64,000 nucleotides of DNA from a virus. Positions within the stretch are counted from its first letter, which is position 1. Each line of letters begins with the position of its first letter. The notes beneath the pieces were generated by a model. The model worked only from the letters and a program-made list of their open reading frames with translations. It had not been told where the DNA came from and did no database searches. The stretch spans positions 20,053-84,052 of the IMG/VR virus record IMGVR_UViG_3300009182_000042. One strand, given 5' to 3'. Below are positions 52,649 to 62,500 of this stretch, piece after piece. Made by a program: the position numbers and the translations under genes.

Positions 52649-54114
52649 TCAGTTGGGGAATAAGCGCCAACAGTCACGATGCGGCACTGGCTGTGTTTGC
52701 TGACGAAAAACTAGTCTTTGCTAGTCACGCCGAACGATTCAGTGGTGTAAAGAATGATAGAGATCTCAATAAAGAATTAGTTGCCTATGCCAAACGATTT
52801 GGAGATCCCGGAAAGGTGTATTGGTATGAACAACCCTTTAAGAAAACACTTAGACAATTATGGGCTGGGCAGGGCTGGAAACGTAGAGACAACGATATCG
52901 ATATTTACATGGCCCGTTATGAAATCAATGCTCCGATAGAGTATGTTAGTCATCATCATAGTCATGCGGCCGCCGGATATTATACTAGTGGATTCGATGA
53001 AGCATGTGTTTTAGTCATAGATGCCATTGGCGAATTTGAAACTATGACTATATGGCAAGGCACTGGAGACAAACTTAAGAAAGTATGGAGTCGAAGTTAT
53101 CCACACAGTATTGGTTTATTTTATAGTGCAATGACACAGCGTATTGGACTAAAACCCAATGAAGACGAATATATCACTATGGGTATGAGTGCATACGGAC
53201 GTCATAAAGATTATCTACACGCCATGTATACTGATTTTATACAAGATCCTAATAAATTTAAATTTAAAAAGAACTTGCACAGAGGATGTCAAAACTGGCG
53301 TCCAGATTTAACCATTGCAGATAGTTTCGAAATCGCCGCCAGTACTCAACTAATGTATGAACATTTATTCTGTAATGCATTAGAATTGGCACAGAAATTA
53401 ACCAAAAGTAAAAATTTAGTCCTCATGGGAGGATGTGCGTTAAATTGCTTGGCTAATCGTTACACAGGTAATTATTTTGATAAAACATGGATTATGCCCA
53501 ACCCAGGAGATGCGGGTAGTGCTATAGGTGCAGTTCTGGCAAAACATCCTACATGGAAGGATTCTACAGATTGGTCCAATAATTTCTTAGGTTACGATAT
53601 GGGGTATCGTGTGAGCAATGAAGAAATTGTAGAATATATTACACAAAACAAAATTTGTGGACTAGCTCGCGGACGTGCAGAATTTGGACCAAGAGCATTG
53701 GGCAATAGAAGTTTATTGGCAGATCCCCGCGGTGAAGATATAAAGGATAAGGTAAATGCAATCAAACAACGACAAGAATTTAGACCTTTTGCTCCGGCGA
53801 TACTTGAAGAGCTTGTGGATATGTATTTTGATATGCCTCGCGGTTGGGATCGCAGTAGGTATATGCAAGTGGTCGCTCGTTGTAGGCATCCTCAGCTTTA
53901 TCCTGCTATCACTCACTGTGATGGAACTAGTCGTGTACAAACTGTACCGGATGATGGCAGCCCGTTTAGAAAACTGTTAGAGTTATGGTACAAAGAGACT
54001 GGATGCCCTATGCTACTTAATACCAGTTTAAATATCAAAGGCAAACCCATGGTGAACGACCATGCAGATTCAAAAAACTTCGAACGCCATTATGGTGTTA
54101 AAGTGTTTAATTAG
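52645..54114 (+). CDS. Carbamoyltransferase (NodU/CmcH/TobZ family)
   Basis: HDAA, ERFS..K.D, HHHSHAA, IDAIGE, MGMSAYG, GGCALNC, DAGSAIG, EFGPRALGNRS, FRPFAP, DGTSRVQTV, LNTSLN. Confidence 0.93.
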   Translation: MISWGISANSHDAALAVFADEKLVFASHAERFSGVKNDRDLNKELVAYAKRFGDPGKVYWYEQPFKKTLRQLWAGQGWKRRDNDIDIYMARYEINAPIEYVSHHHSHAAAGYYTSGFDEACVLVIDAIGEFETMTIWQGTGDKLKKVWSRSYPHSIGLFYSAMTQRIGLKPNEDEYITMGMSAYGRHKDYLHAMYTDFIQDPNKFKFKKNLHRGCQNWRPDLTIADSFEIAASTQLMYEHLFCNALELAQKLTKSKNLVLMGGCALNCLANRYTGNYFDKTWIMPNPGDAGSAIGAVLAKHPTWKDSTDWSNNFLGYDMGYRVSNEEIVEYITQNKICGLARGRAEFGPRALGNRSLLADPRGEDIKDKVNAIKQRQEFRPFAPAILEELVDMYFDMPRGWDRSRYMQVVARCRHPQLYPAITHCDGTSRVQTVPDDGSPFRKLLELWYKETGCPMLLNTSLNIKGKPMVNDHADSKNFERHYGVKVFN

Positions 54115-54129
54115 AAAGTATAATAGCAT

Positions 54130-55548
54130 ATGGCACAAAATATAGAATACGGTTATGATGTACAGAAATTGTACTTGGAAATGATGTTGAGTGATGCAAC
54201 CACCTTTGTGCGTTGCCAATCTATCTTTGATCCCACACTATTTGATCGCAAACTGCAAACCACCGCAGAATTTATGAAAAAGTATGTGGAAGATCACAGC
54301 ATATTACCTACGATAGATATTATTAATGCGGCAACCAGTCAGAGTTTCAAACCCGCCGAAAATTTAAAAGATGAACACTTTGATTGGTTAATGAGTGACT
54401 TTGAAACTTTTATTCGACACAAAGGTCTTGAGCGAGCGATTCTTGAAAGTGCTGATTTGCTGGAGAAAGGTGAGTACGGTCCTGTGGAAGAAAAAATCAA
54501 GGCCGCAGTACAAGTAGGCTTGACCAAAGACATGGGCACTGACTATTTCTTAGACCCACGTGCCAGACTCATGCGAATCAAAGACAACAACGGACAAATT
54601 TCAACTGGATGGAAAGCCGTCGATGACAAATTGTTTGGTGGTATGAACCGAGGAGAACTTAATATTTTTGCCGGAGGATCTGGTGCTGGTAAATCGTTGT
54701 TCTTGGCTAACTTGGGTATCAACTGGGCGTTGCAAGGATTGAATGTGGTATACTTAACGCTGGAACTCAGCGAAGAATTAGTCAGTATGCGCATGGATGC
54801 TATGCTAACGGGATTGGCTACTCGCGAGATTTTTAAAAATATCGATGACGTAGAAATGAAGATCAAAATGATTGGTAAGAAAAGCGGAACTTATCAAGTG
54901 AAATATATGCCGAGTGGTAAGACTGCAAATGATATTCGTGCATATCTTAAGGAATATGAAATCAAGATGGATCGTAAGGTTGATGTGTTACTGGTTGATT
55001 ATTTAGATTTGTTAATGCCCATGGGTAAGAAAATCAGTGCTGAAAACTTGTTTGTTAAGGACAAATATGTATCGGAAGAATTGCGCAATTTGGCCATGGA
55101 AAAGAAGTGTATTTTTGTAACTGCGGCGCAGTTGAATCGTGGTGCTGTGGAAGAAGTTGAGTTTGATCACAGTCATATTAGCGGCGGATTAAGCAAGATT
55201 CAAACAGCGGATAACGTGTTTGGTATTTTTACAAGTCGTGCCATGCGTGAGCGGGGACGCTATCAAATTCAACTGATGAAAACACGTTCAAGCAGTGGTG
55301 TTGGGCAGAAGATTGATTTAGAGTTTGATGTTGATAGTTTGCGTATCAGTGACTTGGCAGAAGAAGATGGCTATGGAAATCACAACAGTCAAAGTGCAGG
55401 CAGTACACTACTGAACAGTATTAAGCAACGTCAAACGGTAGCACAAGAAGATCCAACAGTGGGTGCGCCGGCACCAAAAGTACGTGCAGAAGTGGCCAGT
55501 AGTAAATTAAGAGACTTGTTAAATAATCTACCAACTGACGACTCGTAA
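54130..55548 (+). CDS. Replicative DnaB-like helicase (T4 gp41-like)
   Basis: ISTGW, Walker A GGSGAGKS, TLELSE, VDYLDL, TAAQLNR, LMKTR. Confidence 0.92.
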   Translation: MAQNIEYGYDVQKLYLEMMLSDATTFVRCQSIFDPTLFDRKLQTTAEFMKKYVEDHSILPTIDIINAATSQSFKPAENLKDEHFDWLMSDFETFIRHKGLERAILESADLLEKGEYGPVEEKIKAAVQVGLTKDMGTDYFLDPRARLMRIKDNNGQISTGWKAVDDKLFGGMNRGELNIFAGGSGAGKSLFLANLGINWALQGLNVVYLTLELSEELVSMRMDAMLTGLATREIFKNIDDVEMKIKMIGKKSGTYQVKYMPSGKTANDIRAYLKEYEIKMDRKVDVLLVDYLDLLMPMGKKISAENLFVKDKYVSEELRNLAMEKKCIFVTAAQLNRGAVEEVEFDHSHISGGLSKIQTADNVFGIFTSRAMRERGRYQIQLMKTRSSSGVGQKIDLEFDVDSLRISDLAEEDGYGNHNSQSAGSTLLNSIKQRQTVAQEDPTVGAPAPKVRAEVASSKLRDLLNNLPTDDS

Positions 55549-55603
55549 ATCTTTGTAATTTTAGCCAAAGAGATAAGTATGTATATTATACTGATGACAC
55601 ACC

Positions 55604-56047
55604 ATGGAACTATACCACTTACGCAGTCTAGACGATCCGTTAACAAAAGTTGTTAAAGACGATCCTGTTCGACCACATATTCCTATGGATCAGAGGATCA
55701 ACGAAGCCGCTGAAATTTTGATACTTCGTGCAGGAGAAGAAATTTTAGCCGCTACCTGTTTGCAATGGCTCAAAGATATTCCCAAAGATGAAGCAGATCT
55801 CATCAGCATGGACAAAAGCAAAGATACTGCGGTATTCTACACTATCTGGAGTTACAAACCTGGTGCAGGCGCGGAACTGATCAAACAGGCTGCCGAGTGG
55901 ATTCTTAAAGAATTTTCGGATGTGAAAGACATTGTTACCCTAAGTCCCCAGACTGAAATGGCCCGTAGATTTCACTTGAAAAACGGGGCTACAGTGCATA
56001 AAGAAAACGAAACCTCAGTCAACTATCAGTACTATCATAAAGAATAA
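55604..56047 (+). CDS. GNAT-fold-like hypothetical protein
   Basis: VFYTIWSYKPGAGAELI (motif A-like) and TLSP...MARRFHLKNG (motif B-like); GATAAGTA upstream. Confidence 0.45.
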   Translation: MELYHLRSLDDPLTKVVKDDPVRPHIPMDQRINEAAEILILRAGEEILAATCLQWLKDIPKDEADLISMDKSKDTAVFYTIWSYKPGAGAELIKQAAEWILKEFSDVKDIVTLSPQTEMARRFHLKNGATVHKENETSVNYQYYHKE

Positions 56048-56083
56048 AAACGGTTAAATACTAGTTAATAAGGACTGGTATTC

Positions 56084-56743
56084 ATGAGCAAAACCGTACA
56101 TTCACTAAAATTAGTACCATACGATAGCGTCGACTTAGATAGGCTAACCTATGCTCCGGGCGATGTGGTTTACGATGTAACCAACGGCACCATTCGACTG
56201 ATGAACGGCGTGACCTTGGGCGGTACCAGCATAATAACTGCTACCAAGTTAATTACTACCTTGTCCGGTTATGTGACTAATGGCGGCCTAACAACAACAT
56301 TATCAACTTATGATACCATTAGTGCTAGAAATACAGCATTAGCTAACTATACAACCACTACAGCATTGGCCGCAAATTATGTGTCTAATACCGGATTAAC
56401 AACGGCATTAACCAGTTATGTAACAAGCAGTGGATTGACAACCACGTTGAACAGTTATGTAAGCAGTAGTGGATTGACAACTACATTGGCTGGATATGTG
56501 TCCACTGGTAATGCTAAATTTACTGTTACAGGTACTACAGGAACAGCCACAATCAGTGCAAATGCCGGCACATTAACATTTGCCAGCAACAACGGCGTGA
56601 CCATAGGTGCAAGTGGAACAACCATAACAGTTGGCACCCCGCAAGATTTGCGCACAACAGCAACACCCACATTTGCTGGCGCTGTAATTGGTGGCACCAA
56701 TATAAGATCATTTGCCATCGCAATGGCAGCGGCAATGGCATAA
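56084..56743 (+). CDS. Short fibre-like virion protein with 13-aa repeats
   Basis: GLTTxLxxYV(S/T)xx repeats; GTTAAATA late motif at 56053 and AGGA SD. Confidence 0.6.
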   Translation: MSKTVHSLKLVPYDSVDLDRLTYAPGDVVYDVTNGTIRLMNGVTLGGTSIITATKLITTLSGYVTNGGLTTTLSTYDTISARNTALANYTTTTALAANYVSNTGLTTALTSYVTSSGLTTTLNSYVSSSGLTTTLAGYVSTGNAKFTVTGTTGTATISANAGTLTFASNNGVTIGASGTTITVGTPQDLRTTATPTFAGAVIGGTNIRSFAIAMAAAMA

Positions 56744-56751
56744 GGACTAGC

Positions 56752-59555
56752 ATGACATATCAGATACAATTGAGAAGAGATTCGGCAGCTAACTGGACAG
56801 CAGTTAATCCCGTATTGGCGGCCGGTGAGCCGGGGTTAGAAACAAACACTGGTCGTATCAAATACGGCGATGGTGTTACACATTGGAACAGTTTGAATTA
56901 TCCCACACTGTATTCAACACCAACTCCAGCCAGTGCGTTGACAGGTACCACATTACCTCCAAACATTTTAAACAGCAGTCTTACCAGTGTTGGAACACTG
57001 GCCAATCTCACAGTGACAAACACCATCATTGGTAGTATAAGTGGCAATGCTGTAACTGCAAACACTGCCACAAACGCAACTTCAGCGCAATCGGCTGTGT
57101 CAGCTACCACAGCCGGCACAGCAACTACACTAGCTGGCGGTAGTAATCTTCAACTGGTATATCAAACAGGCACTGGACAAATTGCCTATATAAATTCGCC
57201 AGCAGCCTCAACTGCCAATCAATTCTTAAGCAGTAATGGCAGTGTGTTTGCTTGGAGTCAAGTACCCGCGGCAGCCGCTGGCACACTTACAGGCACCACA
57301 CTTAATTCCACAGTGGTAACTTCCAGTTTGACCAGTGTGGGTACACTGACTAACCTCACAGTGACCAATACCATTACAGGCAGTGTGAGCGGATCCGCAG
57401 GCAGTATTGGTGCAGGTAATATTACGGGCACCACATTGGCAAGTGGCGTTATTACCAGCAGTTTGACTACTGTTGGAACTCTAGCCAACCTAATTGCCAC
57501 CAATGCCACAGTGAACAACAGTTTGGGTGCAAACACCGGTATCACCACAACAGCCACATCTTTTCCCCTGGTAAACACCACAGCTACCACAGTGAACTTT
57601 GCAGGAGCGGCCACAACAATCAATATGGGTGCCGCTACTGGCACCACCACAATCAATAACAACATAAGCACTGGCGGCAATATAACATTAACCACTGCTA
57701 CGCCAACCATTAATTTCAACAATACTGCACCAACAATTGCCACCAATAGTGCCAGTAGTACTGCAACCATATTCAATACCAATGCAACCACAGTTAATGC
57801 ATTTGGTGCAAGTACAGCAACCACACTGGGCGCCAGTACCGGTACTACCACAATAAACAGTGTAACAATCACTTATCCAAATGTCACAACTGTTAACTAC
57901 AACGGTGCAAATCCCACATTGGCCACCACATCAACAGGAACTGTGACACTGTTCAACACAACTGCCACTGGAGTCTCAGCATTTGGAGCTGCCACATCCA
58001 TTGGTATTGGCGCCGCTACTGGCACCACCACAATCAATAATGCCACAGTTACACTGGCCAACGCCACAGCTTTCAACATAAATGGATCCGGTACTCCGAC
58101 CATTGCATCCACACAAACAACAGTTAATCTGTTTAATGCTACCACAACTACCATAAACTTCGGTGGCGGAACCAGCACTCAATTAAACATGGGTGCCGCC
58201 AATGCAGGCACAACAACCATTGCCAGTGCTACTGTTACATTGAGTAACGCAACCTTGAATCTCAACAATGCCGCTCCAACGATTGCAACCACAGCTACAA
58301 CAGGACCCGCCGCAGTACTGAATACGAATATTTTAAGTGTAAATGCATTCGGTGCCGCCACAGCAGTAGCAATTGGTGCCGCTACTGGTACTACTACAAT
58401 CAACAATGCCACAGTGACATTGGGCAATGCTACAACTTTAAACATCAATGGTGTAAGTCCAACTGTCGCAAGTTCCAGTACTGGTACATTGACACTATTC
58501 AATACCAACTTGTTGACTGTTAACGCATTTGGGGCGGCCACGACCGTGGCTATCGGAGCGTCTACCGGATCAACACAGATCAATAATCCAACGCTGTCCT
58601 TGCCCAATGCCACCAGCTTGACCATGAATGGTGCAAGTCCGAGTATTGGTACTACCAGTACTGCCACTGCCAGTGTGTTCAATACTGCCGCACTAACTGG
58701 TAACATATTTGGAGCCGCCACATCAGTCAACATTGGAAATACTACTACAGCCGCACAAACAGTCAACATTGCACAGCCAGTACAGGCGCCAGTAGTTATA
58801 ATATTGGTACAGGTGCGACACTTACAGCAACTACTAAAACACTAAACATTGGTACGAGCGGCGTCAGCGGCTCGACCACAACAATCAATATTGGCAGTAG
58901 TTTTGGCACAACCACAACCATTAATGGTGCCAAACTAGCGGCAGGCTCTGCTAGTATTGCCCCACTACTCATGGTATCGGGCACCAACTTGACCACAGCG
59001 GCCGCAGGCGCAATTGAATACGACGGTACTGTATTTTATGCAACACCAGCAGCCAGCACAAGAAGTGTGGTGGCCGCAGAACAATTTACAGTGCTAACTA
59101 CAGCATATTCAGCCACATTGAATCAAACAGGCGCACAAAAACTGTTTAACACCAGTACCACTGGAGCCATCACCTTGCCAGTCGGCCTTTATCAATTTGA
59201 ATGTCAATTTAACCTGTCTAGCATGAGCAACACCAGTAGTAGTTTTGGGTTTGCTGTGGGCGGCACAGCAACCATTACTTACTATTACTATTGCGAGGCT
59301 AACAAATCCGCAAGTTTATCCACAGCTGGTACACCTCATCAAACATTCAGCACAGCGGCCAATACCACACTGGTAGCCAACAGCGCAGGAACTAACGGCA
59401 TAGCATTCATTAAAGGGTATATCAACATCACAGTGGCAGGCACAATTATCCCGCAATTCAGTTTGTCAGCCGCTGTACAGGCCACAGTAGGTATTGGTTC
59501 TTACTTCAAGATATCACCACTAAGTACGGGTAATATTGTAGGTAACTGGTCATAA
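56752..59555 (+). CDS. Tail fibre with Mtd/hyaluronidase-type N-terminal anchor, split by a -1 frameshift near 58771
   Basis: QIQLRRD...W...NPVLAAGEPGLETNTGRIKYGDG..HWNSL anchor and ~60-aa FNT..VNAFGAAT..IGA.TGTTTINN repeats. Fibre-like sequence continues in the frame of 58971..59555. Confidence 0.7.
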
Positions 59556-59558
59556 CGC

Positions 59559-59566
59559 GATAAATA
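59559..59566 (+). promoter_or_regulatory. Late promoter (GATAAATA)
   Basis: Upstream of GGAG SD and ATG 59586. Confidence 0.6.
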
Positions 59567-59585
59567 TAGCAACGGAGAATTTTTA

Positions 59586-62500
59586 ATGGCAAAGAGTCAA
59601 ATCAGACAATATGTGTTTACACCAGGTGCTGCCGGAGCAGGCACTATAGAAATACCTGGCAAGTATGACCTACAACAGTTTTTGGTCATAACCAATACCA
59701 CACGAAACGTAATACTATACAACTTTGCCGACAGTGCATTTGCTGGCACCCAAATATCGTTTACTAGGGCGGCTGATATTGTCAACTACCCCACTGCATT
59801 GGATAATGCAGACGGTTATACTCTCATGACCTTGGCTGTCAGCACAGTTGGTATGAGTGCCAGTGATACCATACAGATTTTCTACGAACAGCCGTTCCAG
59901 TATGTGCGCAGTCCAGAAATTGGTACAGATGCGTTTGAACGTCAACGTGTGGCCGCTCCACAATCATTGCTAGACGCTGACTTTGAATATGGTATGCAAC
60001 CTACCAAGTGGTTGACCATCAGTCAAATGCGTAACTACCCAGCAACTTATGAAGTTCCTGGAACTGACCTAGCTGTTACATCAGCTATATCTGATGCCAG
60101 TTCAACAACCGGCGGTGCCAATACAGCAGAATCATTAATAACTATTACTACCAGTATTGCTCACGGGTATGCCGTAGGTCAACCGTTTACCATAGTTGGT
60201 ATGAACAGTGCCTTTACAGGATTCGATCGTGCAGAAGGCACATTCATTGTGTACACCGTTCCTACCACAACAACATTCACTTACATTGCCAAAGGCAAAG
60301 TGGGTTTCAACAACGGCGACAGTATCGGTACAGCATTTACACAACTGCGTCAAGCTGGATTTTATTCGGGCTCAAACATCAATGCTGTTATCAACTTAAC
60401 AGCTAGTGCTACCAATGCAAGCGGCTATTTGATAACATTAAATTCAGTAACGGGCCTTGCTGTCAACAGCCCTATCACGTTTCAATCAGTAACCACCAAC
60501 TGCATAGCAACCAATGTCAACGGCAACATTTCCATGGGCACCACAGTTGGCATGATTGCAGGCATGCCGCTGGCATTTTCTGGTATAAATTTTGGTGGAT
60601 TAATTACCGGAACCACGTACTATGTATTAACTGTTGTGGATGCAAGAACTGTGACACTTAGCCTTGTACCCAGCGGCCCACAATTCTTTCCAACCAGCAC
60701 TGCAATTGGCGGCAACATGTATGTGGTAGGGGGCGGCAGCTTTGGTAACATCATAGCTGGTACACAATATTATATCAGCAGTATCGTAAGCAATCAAGTT
60801 TCAATCAGCACCAACATCACGTTTACCACCACAATCACAGCCACCACAGCATTGAACAATGCTGTGCGTTTTGGTACCACAGTGAATATGACTGTGGGCG
60901 AATACATCAACATATCGGGCACCACAATTGGTAATTTGCCCGCTGGTTTCTACTATGTGTATGCTATCCTAGACAGCAACTATGCTCAGTTGAGCGTGAC
61001 GAGCCCAACCAGTTTGAATGGTATGAGTCTGTTGGCCCAAACAACCGCAACAGGCACCATGACTGCTGTGGCAGGACAAAGTGTGCCCTTGACAACTGCC
61101 ACAGGATATCTATGGGGAGTGGCGGTATGTCCACCCACATTCACATACACAACTCCGGTAAACGCAACACAATTCACGGGCACCACATCTGGAAATGTGC
61201 TCACTGTGGGATCCGTGACATTTGGCACCATAGCTGGAGGTCAGGGCCTGTTGGGCGGTGGCGGAGCAGTTCCCAGTAGTACTGGCATTATAGCTCAATT
61301 GACTCCCACGGGTGCCAGCGCGGCAGCCAGCCCAACTATTATTTCAGGCGGCGCAGCCGGCACATTCACAGCCACAGTGAGCAGTGTGACAAATATTCAA
61401 GTTGGACAGATTGTAACGGGTGTGGGTATAGGTGTTACAGTATTTGTCCAAGCCATAAATGGCACTGTTGTCACTTTGACTCGAGCATTTACCGCAGCCG
61501 CATCTGGCACGTATAATTTTTATGCTTCTGGTGGTCTTGGCACTTACAGTATCAGCACTGCCAGTTCATTGTCAGGCACCTTCTTCACAGTGACATCCGG
61601 TGCAGTGATCACAGTGAATACCAACAGTCCTCACGGATTTGTTCCTGGTGCCACTATCAATGTGATAACCAGTAGTGAAAATGGATTCAATAACAACACT
61701 TTGGCCAACGGTCCATTCTTTGTTGAATCTACGCCAAGTACTACTCAATTCACATACACAGCCCGTGCTCCTGGTGTTATATCAGGCACAATCAGTGGTA
61801 CACTGTATGCAAGACCAGACAGCTTTTATCAACATAGACCATTTGACGGTGGTGTACAATTGGGTACAGGTTTGCCAGCATATGGTGCGCATGCCATACG
61901 TATGAGCAAGAAATACATACGTTATCAATCGGGCAAAAGTATCAACTTCAACACTGGCTTATTAATGGCGCCAAACTACTTTGTACGTAGTGCGATTGCA
62001 ACAGGCACCAGTTATGTGACAAATTTAAATATTACCAATATCACCACAGGCGGTGTTGCCACAATCACATCCGGTACATATACACAGGGACAGGCCATTG
62101 TGGTCAATAGCTTGACACTCAACGGTGCTATTGGATTCACAACAGGCATATATTACTCGTGTACTAGCGGCACTACTACAACCATCACCTTGGCCAATTC
62201 GTATGTCAATGCCACGGCGGCCACTCCAGTTCCCATCACAACAGTAACAACTACCGGTGCTGTCAGTGCCAGCAATGTCACTGCCGCGCAAGTTATCACC
62301 ATAATCACAGACGATGTTGATCATGGATGTCAAATAGGCGCCGGAGTGAATCTACTGGGTGTTGTCACTTCGGGATATAATGGCAATTACACTGTGGCAG
62401 GAATCGTAGACGAACGCTCGGTACAATTGATATCTCAAAGAACATTAGGTTCGGCCGGCGGTGTCACTGGAGCTGTGGTCAGCGACCCAGCCTTGATGAG

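Noticed and set aside
33197-55548. Inteins or introns in TerL, UvsX, UvsW, primase or helicase
   Set aside because: All have ordinary lengths with contiguous motifs and no intein splice signature noticed.
58704-58845. Programmed -1 ribosomal frameshift
   Set aside because: No X XXY YYZ heptamer or obvious stimulatory structure in the overlap of the two frames.
56752-59555. Diversity-generating retroelement suggested by the Mtd-like N-terminus
   Set aside because: Only the anchor domain is Mtd-like; I see no reverse transcriptase and no TR/VR pair differing at adenines in the window.
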